Source of the DNA: Selaginella moellendorffii
Lineage: Eukaryota > Plantae > Lycopodiophyta
DNA length: 64,000 bases
Reading direction: 5' to 3'
Assembly (NCBI RefSeq): GCF_000143415.4
Contig: NW_003314280.1
Span: 1,550,894-1,614,893, forward strand
Shown here: piece by piece, positions 51,200 through 62,844 of the stretch
How positions within the stretch are numbered: the first letter of the stretch is position 1
How the letters are laid out: each line of letters begins with the position of its first letter
Program-made: the position numbers and the translations under genes
The notes under the pieces: model-generated
The model's database searches: none
What the model saw: only the letters and a program-made list of their open reading frames with translations
What the model was told of the DNA's origin: nothing

Positions 51200-53379
51200 T
51201 GGCATGTGGCCCTTTGCACTAGTATATCTTAATACCGGTCTGAGAAATAGAATGGCATGTGCTCTCAGGCCTTTTACTAAATCATCTTTGAAAGAAATGC
51301 AAGCCTCTATGTCGTAAAAAAAAGGTACTAGAGAAATTCCTTAATAATATGAATGTTATTTAGTTTCATGAAAATACACTAAGGGTCAAATGAGTTAAAT
51401 GACTTCTCCAGACTAGCAATGCCTCTTGCTACACCTTCACAATTAGATTCGTTAGAAAAAGATAACATTGAATAATATCTAAATGTTCTCACCATTAAGT
51501 TATATGTTTGGCTAATAGGAATGACATTCATCTTGGAAAGCTCACCACACGCTCAATGAACAAACAAATAGTGTGTGCGCGCATGCCATCGCTCTTCTTT
51601 AGCTTCAGATTCGGCTTGTTCACCTTGACAATGAGATTTATTATACAACCAGATGGACTCAGTCTGGACACAAAGTCACCGCGCTAGTCACCATGCCCCA
51701 GATATGTCTAGCCTCTGGACAAAAAACATATAATTTCACGTCATTTTCAAATACTTGAAAATTTGTACCTAGTCCCATTTTACTGAATAAATCCCACTTT
51801 AACGAAATAGAGCTTTAATGCAGAAAACCAAAACCCATCAAAAAGAACAACTGACCATCATAAAATATCATCAATCATCCTATCAATAAAGAGATGCATA
51901 GTTATCATTGAATAAATAATTCACCATCTGAAAGAATGGCAAATTTTTCAATATCAATAAGTAAAGCATTTGATAAAGATAATCAATTATCCTAGGTGAT
52001 AGTCAATCATCACCAATAATCACTAGATGTAAACACTAATTTCAATATGAAAGTTAATGAGTTAAAATGCATTTTTTAACAAATCTTAATAAATGGAATA
52101 ATGAATATAAATCAAAAGTTCAAAGAAGTCTATAACCAAGTCTCACTTAACAATGATTATGAGTTTATAATGAATTAACTTTAATGCTAAAGAAGAAATC
52201 ATAGTACAACTCACAATATCCTTCACAATTGTCACAAATATAACTATGGGTATTAAAAATTATGTATCAGTAAGTCCTTTCATATATTCTTTCCTTACTA
52301 CTACGATGGCAGGAAGTTGATATTGCTAAACCTTTTATCAATCCTTCTTGTGCTAGTGGATTTAACTGGTGATTTCAAGTGTAATTATACAAGATAAGGA
52401 TAAAGACAGAATTCCAAATGTATATTAGGGATAATGGGTAAGTCAGGCATAGCTAACCAACCTAAGGCATAATTTAGCTTTCATTTGTGTGTCTATCTTT
52501 GTGTTGTATTCAACTTGGGATTAAGCCCAAGTTCCATACTATGGTGGAATACTTATATCCTTGCATTAGACCACTATTATGTTAAAATAGTGCCAAAATC
52601 TGTTTGGCTCTGTTTTGTATGTTAGTTCTAGCATTGGGATATTAGATACTTTAGGACTGTTTAAATGTTATTCTGTGCTCCTGTCCCTTTGCTCCTTGGG
52701 TTGAACGGTCAGAAGTCTCCTCATGCTTCAATTCCTTTGTTCCTTGGTTGCAAATTGAGGAGTTTGGCTCCGTTCTTGCATTCAGTGTCCCAACGCCTTG
52801 AAACTTGAGTTCTGCTCCACTGTCCTTAGACACATGGCATGTGACATGTGGCATATAGAGGGGGTTTAGATTCTACTTCATAGTTATTTTATGGTAAATC
52901 ACTATAGAATAAAAGGTGAAAACCATATGCATTATAACACAACCATAAGTTAAACTTGATAATACAAAGGTAATGAAGAGTATTTTTGTATCAATCCAAA
53001 AGTCAAACACAACAAACTTATACTCAATAAATGACTACCAAACCAATCCTTTATAAATCCATTGTTTATAGCAAGACGTAACTCACTTTATAACAAACAC
53101 AATAAAAATCATCAATAATCAATATAATTGTAAGTGACTAAATTTTCCATTCTACTTTAGCCACTTAACCACACCTTAACCACTTGAAGGAGTCTCACTC
53201 ATAACCTCTATAAGTTTTATTCCCAACTTGGGGGCATACTAGCCTCATGAATGACATCTATGCCACTTAGCCTTTACACTTAGCCCAAGTTCTCCATATG
53301 TTTAATCCCTTTACAAACATTTAAAGATTCCACTAACATATCAACCCATTACACTAAAAGTTGTCCATTCACCTTTGTT

Positions 53380-54453
53380 TTATTGGCCACTCATAGCATA
53401 ACCCAAAAACTAAGCTATCCATCCATGAGTGGTCATCCTTTGACCACACCTTAACACCTTTAGGATGCTTAGAACATAAGGGACACCCTTCCCTAATATC
53501 CCTCTATTGGTCCGTACTAAGTCCTACTTCGTCCACGACAATGCTCGCCAACACTACCAATTGAGTTAAAGCCCGAAGGTTTGACCACTAAGTCCCATTG
53601 ACCTCTAGGACTTCCTCACTATGTGACCATGCCCTTGGTCACTACACAAGAAGACTGCTCCTTTTCCTTTCTATAGTCCGGGACTTTGAAACAACATTTT
53701 GAAACACTATGGCTTTAACGCAAATCTCATGGGTATTCTCCCCACTTTCTACCTTTGGGTGTCCTATCCATATGACTAAAGCGGGGTTTTAATGAGCTAT
53801 GCCAAGTATTTAAGTAGGTAGTGCCACCCACACTTGGATTGGGAGCATCAACCATTTGATCTCCTAGAGAAGTTAAAGCAGGCTTTTAAACACTTACCAA
53901 GTTACCCCATTTGTCCGTCCATATTCTCTCTAGCCTTGGACTCATCAGTGGTTATATTTATGTTGTCTTTGTTTGTTGCTTCCATGACGCTAACAATATT
54001 TTATTATAAAGTAAATCTAATATATAATAGTGTTTAGGGCCATCAGAAACCTTAAATCAATAGCCAATAAGGAACTAAAATGAATTTGGATAATGCTAAA
54101 ATCTTTATGAATATATTAAAAGGTGTTAAAATTATTGTAAATGTGCTAAAGGGAAACATTATTAGTAATGCCACAAAAAAATTCAAGTGAGTGAACATAT
54201 TAATGTATAAAATAATTTTTGTGAAGAAAATGTCCATCCAGACTTAAAAATTTCACCAAAATTGTTATATGATTGCATATATGTGGGTATAACCTTCCTT
54301 GGTCACACTAACTTTTCCTGGACAAACTAGTTTCACAAGAGTCCTCCTTCTATCCATTTGGAGCTCACCAAACCCCCCAAGGTTTGGGAGACAATCACTT
54401 TGGGCTTTCACCCTTGAACTCAGACTCACACTTAGACTTGGACTCAGATTCGA
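53380..54453 (-). mobile_element. Older Gypsy-family 5'/leader relic
   Basis: Reverse-complement similarity to 63480-64000 and to 59640-60100. Confidence 0.6.
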
Positions 54454-57400
54454 TGTCACGAATGTGACTTCGGGTATCGAAAGTTACCTGTTGACTAGTC
54501 CTTATGGACACTCCTTCGTTACTACCACAACAGCAGGAAGTCGGTATTGCTGGACCCTTTATTAGTCCCTTTTGTGCTAGTGGAGTTAATTGAGCATTTT
54601 AAGTGTACTTAGACCAGATGAGCATAAGGACGGAATTTCTATGTGTTATTAGCTAAGCATACTTAGCCTGGTAAGAAGTTCCCTTCTCGTTATGTCTTGC
54701 ACTGGCTAGTGACAAGAATCCTCACGTATTGAGATTAATCCCTCAATATCGCTGGATGATAGCTTACTGTGTCTGCCAAACGCTTTTGCTATCATGCCCT
54801 TTGTGTTAGTCTCATTCCAGTCCCAAATGCTATTTATAGAAAGTGTCCAAATTTGCTCATTTGGCATATCTACGGAATGTAAAAATTGTTCTGAACACAA
54901 TAGTGTTCATCCCATGTCTAAATTCACAATCTAGCGTCATTCCATATTTAGTAAGTTTTGAGCTTGTCTTAGAGACTAACTCCTAATACTAAGGGAGGCT
55001 TGGGGTGAAAGCCCAAAGCGTGTGTTCCTCAAGGGGGGGGGGCTATTCCAAATGTATAATAGAGGTATAGGTAGGTTGGGCATGGCCGACTAACCTGAGG
55101 CATAATTTAGCTCCACACATCCCCGCGGGGAGTTAGGCGTAGTGCCCTATGCCTGGTCGACCTAGCTAACCCATGCTAATTAGCTTACCTTTGGTGCGCC
55201 TCCGGGTCCCAACATATGCTATTGCTCAACTTCACAAATTGATATTTTAATTGAACTTTGCATAAGTACATAGAGTTTTGCTTTGCAGAAATTCCTCCAC
55301 TAGATCTCCCGTGTTCGCTAGGTTCTCCTTCGGTTCCTATGTTGCTTCGCAGTGTGGAAATCTTTTCCACTTCACATGGAACTCTCTCACCTCGTGTTCT
55401 TGTCGCTTGCTCTTGCGTGCATTGAGGATGGCCTCGACTTTGTATTCCTCTTCCCCTTGGATAACCTCAGATAAAAGTCTTACTTGGTCCTTGCAAAGTG
55501 GATCCTCAAAGTATGGCTTGAGTAAGTTCATGTGGAACACTGGGTGCATCTTCCCCATCTCTCGAGGAAGTTGGAGATGGTAAGCCACTTTACCGATTCG
55601 TGTCTCAATCTCGTAAGGCCCTGTGAACCTGCTTAAGGAAGTCAAGATCAATTCATTTACAAAAATACATGCATTTTTACCTTTGGGTCAACTTTCAGCT
55701 GATCCCACTTGGTAGCCTGAGGTTCTTGGTGTTCAGCCACACCTTCTCCCCAGCTTGGAACTCTACATCCCGGCACTTTTGGTTTGCGTACTTGGTTTGC
55801 CTTTGTTGAGCCCATTCCAAGGAATCCCTCACTAGATTCCAAATATTGAGTCTTTCTGCCGTGAATGCCTCCACTGCGGGTAGCTCTCCATGATACTCGG
55901 ACACGCCGAGTTCCACAGGACTTTCAATAACTCGCCCATTGATGACTTCCCATGGACTCACCCTGATACTCAAATGTGGTGAGTTGTTATAACACATTTC
56001 CGCAAGTCCCAAATGACTTACCCAATCGGTCTGGTCTCCCGAGACATAGCATCGCAAATAATCCTCCAGCTGCCTATTCACCCTTTCCGTTTGTCCGTCT
56101 GTCAAGAAGTGTTAGTGCCATCAAACTTGACTTAATACCCAAAACCTGCCTGTGGGTGATAGGTTGTGCTGAATTTCAATTTGGTGCGATACTGTTCCAG
56201 GAGAGTCCTCTAGAACCTACTAGTAAAGATCTTATCTCGATCTGAGATGATCTCTTCCGGCCTTCCCCGCACTCGAACCACTTGTTCGAAGAACAGCTTC
56301 GCCACACCTTCCGCATCCACTTCCGTTGTGGTGGGTATGAAATGTGCCATTTTTGAAAATCAGTCCACCACCACGAATATCGCATCAAACCCCTCGCTTG
56401 GGGGGAGTCCCGTGATGAAGTCCATCGTAAGACATTTCCACGGACGATCTGGAATTGGGATGCTTTGCAACAAGCCCCCACTAGCCTTAGTCATGGCTTT
56501 GACCTGCTGACATGTTGGATATGTCTTTACATAGTCTTGGACGTCCTTAGCCATATCTGGCCAATAGTACTTCTGCTTGAGTAAGCCCATCATCTTGGGC
56601 ACTCCGCCGTGTCCCGCAAGAGGTCCATCATGACACTCTTCTAAAGCTACCTTCCTTAGTTCCCCTTTTGGAACATACACCCTCGTTTGCCTTTAATAGA
56701 TGAGTCCGTTGTGTTCTGCATAGCCCGTTTTCTCTTCCGTTGGCAGCTCACCTCTCTAGTGAGCTTCCCATGCCTCTAGATTCCTCAACAACACTTCTTG
56801 GGCTAGACCATCATTCTCATATGCTGTCCGCACATCATCCCAAAAGATTGCTGTCACGCTGAATATCGCCAACCTTAAGCTCGCTTTTCGACTTAGCGCA
56901 TCCGCCACGATGTTGCTCTTCCCAGGCTTGTACAAAATCTCGCAATCAAACTCGGCCAAGGCATTGGCCCACCAACCCTGTTTCCCTCTCAAGTCGGGCT
57001 GTGACAAGAAGTGTTTCGTTACCATATTGTACGTGTAAACCTTGAAGTGTCTCCCAAGGTAGTGTCGCCACTCCTTGAGTGCCTTGACCACTGCAAACAA
57101 TTCCTTCTCGTAGGCAAGCCACTTCCGTTGAGCCTTGTCCAACTTCTTCAAGAAGAACGCTACTGGATGGTTGTCTTGCTTCAAAACTGCGCCCAACGCA
57201 AAGTCTGAAGCATCTGTTTCTACCTCAAAGTCCTTACCAAAGTCTGGTAATGCCAACACGGGAGCCTTCCTCAACTTCCCTTTGAGGTGGACGAATGCCA
57301 CTTCGCATTCCGCTGTCCATATCATCTTCCCTTTTCCTATTTGGTCCGTTAAGGGCACTCTCGAATAGTGTCTGATAAACTTTCGGTAGTAGTTGCATAG

Positions 57401-60400
57401 CCCCAAGAACGCCCTCAACTTATGCACATTCGATGGTTGCTCCCATTCCTGGATCGCTTGGACTACAAAGATATGGTTCATCAATGCCGAAAACGTTGCC
57501 AGTGCATTGCACAGCCCAAAGGGCATCACCAAAAACTCAAAGCTCCCATACCTGGTTCGACAGGTTGTTTTCTCGACATCTTCCTCTGCTACCCTGATCT
57601 GGTAGTATCCTGACCTGAGGTCAATCCTCGAGAAGTATTTTACCTTTCCCAACCTATCGAATAGGTTCTCAATTCTTGGCAAAGGGTACTTGTTCTTCTT
57701 TGTATATTTGTTGAGCAACCGGTAGTCTATGCATATGTGCATAGATCCATCTTTCTTTTTCACAAATAACACCGACACCCCATATGGCGACTTGCTTAAC
57801 CTGACATACCTTTTGTCCACCAACTCCTCTAGTTGGCACTTGAGCTCCTTGAATTCTTTTTCGTTCAACCGATAGGGGGAAGGAACCACCACCTCAGCAC
57901 CCTCGACCAGCTCAATCTTATGTTCTATCGGTCGTGCGGGGGGCAGCCCCGCTGGTAGCTCCTCCGGCATGGTATCCTGGAATTGGTCCAACACCCGTTG
58001 GATCATTAAAGGTACTTCTTCTGTTCTTGTCTTTTTATCACTCTTCACCGAGAGTAAGCACAAAAATGCTACTTTAGTTCCTTTAGTGAGTTGTCCTCTC
58101 GTGGACACTAGGTTTAAGCAGGAATCTTTGGCCTTGCTTTGCCCTACCTTTAGATCCTGGGCCTCCACCCTAGATCTTCTTCCTTGGGCATTCACCAGTA
58201 CCACAAGGTTTTGTACCTTGTCCATGTAGGGGTACCACAAACCGATTGAACCAATCCATTTCGAAGATCACGTCAAATCCCGCCATGTCTAACACAGGGA
58301 AATCCATGTCCACTTTCCATGTCCCTACTTCGACTCTCGCTTATCGAAGTACCTCATCGGTGCTTTGGCTACCTTGAACAAACTCTATAGTCCTTGGTTC
58401 ACCTAGCCGCTACACTGTTAGTCCAGCTTGCCAGATTATGTTTGCAGCCACAAAATTATCCGAAGCACCCGTGTCAATAAGGATCTTAACAAAGCTACCT
58501 TTGAGCTTTCCTCGGAGGGGTAGTAGATGTCTCGAACGACTCTCTACCAAAGTTGCTCGTGTAATGAGTAACTTTGAGTTAGGGACTGGATCACATACCT
58601 CAGTTTAGATTTCACCCGACTTGATGGCCATATTGGCTCTGGCCTTCTTCGGGTAGGGACATTCCCTCGAAAAGTGTCCCGCTTCACCATAGTTGTAGTA
58701 TATGTTATTTCCCACGTTGCTATACGACTTGACCTTCTTATCCGTGGGTTTGTCTCTTTTCGCTTGACTCCCCCACGTACTCGCTTGCTGGCCACCTTCC
58801 GGAACCCCGAGGACTCATTCTTAGAGAAACTCTTCTTGAATTTCCCTCGGCTATATGCTCCCCTTGGTTTGGCCCCTTTGCTAAATATGGACCCTGACCT
58901 TGTCGTGTTCCCCTTTTGCAGGTTATCGTTGAAATACACCTTGATGGCCGCATCCAACACTACCTTGTAGTTGGTCGGGTTTCACTGCATCACCTCACCG
59001 CGAGCCTAGGTTTGCAAACCTGATATGAAGGCATGGAACGCATCCATATCCCTCATGTCCGTGACAAGTATCCTCTTTGCCATAAACCCATTCATATACT
59101 CCTAAATGGTTCTGGTCTTCTTCAGCCTACTCAGCTCGTCTCTTAGATGCAGAGTAGCATTCGGAGGAACGTAAGTCGCATGGATCCTCGCCTTCATCAT
59201 TTCCCAAGTGGCCACCGGTCCTTCGTTGGCCTCTGTTGCTCTCCACCAAGACTTGGCATTATCTGCCAAGTATGGTTTTGGGACCTTTTCCGAGCTTGGT
59301 AATCGCAACGCTCGGAAGTAGTCCTCCATATCGTAAAACCAATCCTCCACCACCTTATAGTTGTTCACTCTCTTAAAGACCGGTGGGGGCTTTGGTTTGT
59401 ACTTGGGAACTGCCTGAGGGACTGATTCCACTTCGGTCTGTTCGACCTTGTCTGGTTTTACCCTTGGTTTTACCCCACGGATTCCCAAATCTCTCCCAAT
59501 CCCCCTCCTCGGGTTAGACTAGACTTAAGGTTCGACTACACTCCCCGCAAGCACAAGCAGCCAAGCATACTAAGCCTCCAGGTTCCTAACACCCCCTGGT
59601 ACAATAAGACTTGATCATGGGACCCTCTAAATCCCAAGCCTTGGGTGCAACACTTGCTTCGGGACATCGGGGTGAAACACCGTGGCCTAATGGCCCGGTA
59701 TGGGTACCTCTACCCCCCCACTTCCATCCCGAAGGGAAGGCCCAAGCCCCTAGGAAGGGCGAGGACCAATGAGCCACAAGGTACTCAAGTGGGGCACCAC
59801 TCCACATGAGCTGAGAGCATTGCAGTCGGTTTCCCTATCGGGAGTGGGAGCTGCTCTTGAGCACTTCCCTGGGTGGCCCCTCCGGCACCACCCAAGCCCA
59901 TGCTCACTCCCACCCAAGGCCCCTCAGCCCTAGTCTTAACCTCAAGTCAGTTTGGAAGCACCACTAGAGAGTTCCTTCAAGACTGATTCTTGGACCTCGC
60001 TATCCCTACTATACTTTTGGAACCTCCTGCAGCCCCCCCCCCCCTGGGAGGTGCACGCTTTGGGCTTTCACCCCTTGACCTGTATTAGTATTTGGACTTA
60101 GTCTCAAACTCGATCTCGAACTCGATCTCGAAACCCGACTTTGGACTCGGTCTCGGACTCGATCTCAGACTCGATCTCGGACCCGATCTCTGACTCGACT
60201 TCGGACTTGACCTTGGACTCGGTCTCGGACCTGATTCGGATCTCGGACTCTGTCTCGAACTCGGTCTCGAACTCGGTCTCCGATTCGGCCTCGGGCTCAA
60301 TCCCGAACTCTATCTCGAACTCGATCTTAGAGTTGGTCTTGGACTCGATCTTCGACTCGGTCCCATCCGATGAACTCTTTGTCATTTTGGTCATGCTTTC

Positions 60401-60445
60401 GGGGATCCTTTAACCTACGACATCTCGGGGAGTCGGTTCCTTACA
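54454..60445 (-). mobile_element. Ty3/Gypsy chromovirus-type retroelement, defective
   Basis: Gag (59490-58550), protease ILIDTGASDNF, RT ([26 protein letters not shown]), RNase H ([13 protein letters not shown]), integrase (H-H-C, MDFITGLP, TDGQTERVN, GPY), chromodomain (EEYKVEAIL...VKWK). Many stops and frameshifts. Ends approximate. Confidence 0.92.
60095..60365. repeat. Degenerate hexamer array (GACTCG/ATCTCG) in the retroelement leader
   Basis: Runs of CTCGAT/CTCGGA/CTCGAA. Confidence 0.85.
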
Positions 60446-60639
60446 GACTATAGGGATTAGTCTATTGGTTCAAGTAGTCATTGCCGTGCTCTCTCATAAC
60501 TTTTCTTGGATTGGACTTAAGGGCGAAAGCAAGCTTGAGGTTTAGTCAAAATATAAGACCGAAAAGAAAGTCATTAGGGACGAAGGATCAAACACATAAA
60601 TCATTTTCTCTTCTTAGAGAGATGATTTGCAACGAGATA

Positions 60640-62300
60640 TGACTCATTGCTCGTGTTCGCATTATGCATTCAAGAGTTCCTACCTTGATGTATGTTGGAA
60701 GTGATGGTCTTACAAGTGGTGAATTATGGGATGGATAGTGGTGAAATGCTAAACCATTTTGTCTAGGCTCGCTATTGGAAGGCTTGGGTTGCAATGCTCA
60801 ATTCTTTTCCAGGGAATCTTGCTATTGCTCCTTGAGTAGCTTGGTGTTGGATTAGTTTTGAGTTTGGTCAGATAGAGAGTGGCATGAGTTTGTCCATGTT
60901 GTGAATAAAAGTTAGTGGTGTTAGGTGTTAAAGTTTCTATCGATGGGGTGTGGCATTTATGTTGCATTTTGTCAAATTGACTGGACACTTGATACTCACG
61001 TAAACCTTTGTAGTAATGACATGGGCATTGCTCGTGGTGTTACTCAATTGATGATTAAGTCGTTGTGATACTTATATCATATCCATGTGAAAATGAGCAA
61101 TATGTTTACAAAGTTGTTTGGTTAAACGATGATCAACCCTAAAGTGGTTGATAGGGAAGCTAGTCTACTTATACAAAGTAACATTGTAGTAACTTTGAAT
61201 GGATTTTCAATAGTGATCCATTATTCTAAGCTTATGTTAGTACCTTGTTTCCTTGAGTTTGCCCATTAAGGTGTTGGAAAGGGTTATAGCATTCACTTGC
61301 TATGGCTTGTTGGTTTATCTGTTAGCACTTGGAGTAAATTGTTGGATGGAGAAGGTGTGTAGTTGAAGCATTGACATTGCTAGCACTTGTGTTAGTGGAA
61401 GTGGCATTGTTATTTTGAGTGATAAGGAATTTTCCTTAGACCTTGATTTTCCATGTTATTTTTCTTGTTAGTGCTTTAACTTCACATTGGATCTTAAAGT
61501 TGGTTGAAGAAGAGTGTTAGTGCAATGTGGATATACGAAGGTGTGGTCTTCATGATCAAGCTTTAGATGTTCATTTTGCATTTTACAGATGTCAGTGTTA
61601 GATGTCGAATATATGGGCAAAGATGTTCGATATTTAAGCATACTATTGGGTCATGAGAGAATCTATGTGAAGTTGTTGGTAGGAGGAAGTTGGTTGAGTC
61701 TTGAAAGTTTGCATTCCTAGACAGAGAGTTATTCTTTCTCTAGGATGGAAAATTTTCCACAAATTTTTTTAGGCTTTTCCAATGGTTGATTTGTTGATCA
61801 CTTTGCTCAAAAACCATTTCGTTTTTGTAAGCCAATACAAACTAATAAAGGGGTTGAAGTTGACTTTAGTTAACTTAAACCTTAGTAAGTAATTTGTATG
61901 TTGCAACCCGAAAAAGATGTTGACTTTGGAACTAAGGCAATTGAGTTGGATAAAGTCTAAAGTTGGTGTAAAAAAGTGGCCGTTGCACTTTTGTAGAAAG
62001 GTGGCCCTTGTGCCTGTCTTCTATAGTGTTCTACTTGGTGGTAGGTTGCAGCTTGCATTTTGTTAAGACTTTATGAGAGTAGTGAGCTTTCACTAATCCT
62101 GATATAGTCTTAGTGGCCCTACACCTTGGCTGAGGATGGTGATATCCAACTTAATTGTTTAAAGTTGAGATGTTGGTACCCGTACTATAGCTTTGTATAT
62201 GAGGAGGTTGTGTACCAATATGAATCCATCTTGTGGTTTTCACTTTAGTTTCAGCCAAATGTTGATTATGCATAGTTAGCCTCGTCAAGGCATGCTCAGA
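60640..62300 (-). mobile_element. Highly degenerate Helitron-like Rep remnant
   Basis: Ordered fragments on the minus strand resemble the Helitron N-terminal region (GPPFYK, NPFISLY, VYP.H..LL, YYKGLREY); no intact ORF. Confidence 0.4.
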
Positions 62301-62844
62301 GCTATTGGCTAAATGCATTAGTGAGCTTATTTCGGTTAAGTTGGATTCAAGTGGTCATTTAGTTCGTGCTTGTCCATGAACCTAAATCTCATATATGAGG
62401 TATTACATTATTGTTGGACAAATATATGACTTGATGGCATGAGTTTAGTGTTTGGGTCTTATGAAGGCAAGTTGAAGGAGTGATTGTCGGTTGCTTGGCA
62501 ACTAATGATTGCTTGTAGACTTTGTCAAAGACTGTTTAACACTTGCTTCACTCAATGATGATTTAGCAGTGATGGGCTTGCTTTACTGGATGGTGTTACA
62601 GAGGATCATGTTGTTAGAGTTACATGGTTTTTTCCATATTGGCATATCGATTCCACCTCTGTCGATATCATTTTTGGTTGTGTTTACTACATAGTAATGG
62701 ATTTCATTGAATCTTGGATGTAGTGATTCACTCCTTGAGGAAGTATTATCTATAACTGAGTATTGTTGAAGAACTGGTCTCAGATACTGACTTAAGTAAC
62801 TTCGACCTTGGTTAGTTTGGTTGCTAAAGAGTTTTGAGTGGTGA

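Larger units (their letters stand above)
39859..51589. repeat. Dispersed 22-bp palindrome ATGGCRTGNGGCCNCAYGCCAT, ~20 copies
   Basis: Copies start at 39859, 40936, 41011, 42228, 42419, 42560, 44059, 45336, 45396, 45473, 46244, 47179, 47794, 47892, 47962, 49800, 49857, 51199, 51252, 51568. Confidence 0.9.
39473..51815. mobile_element. 12,343-bp cut-and-paste DNA transposon, Sola-like (DUF7869-type transposase), with a cargo gene
   Basis: Perfect 24-bp TIR AAGCTCTATTTCGTTAAAGTGGGA (39473-39496 and 51792-51815); 4-bp TSD TAAT on both sides; internal DDE transposase; GC-richer than the flanks. Confidence 0.92.

Noticed and set aside
39859-51589. Palindromic repeats as a CRISPR-like array
   Set aside because: Spacing is irregular (tens of bp to kb), copies sit in introns and CDS, there are no cas genes, and the context is eukaryotic.
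52830-52856. ACATGGCATGTGACATGTGGCAT resembling the transposon palindrome outside the TIRs
   Set aside because: Only a half-site match, inside an unrelated retroelement relic.
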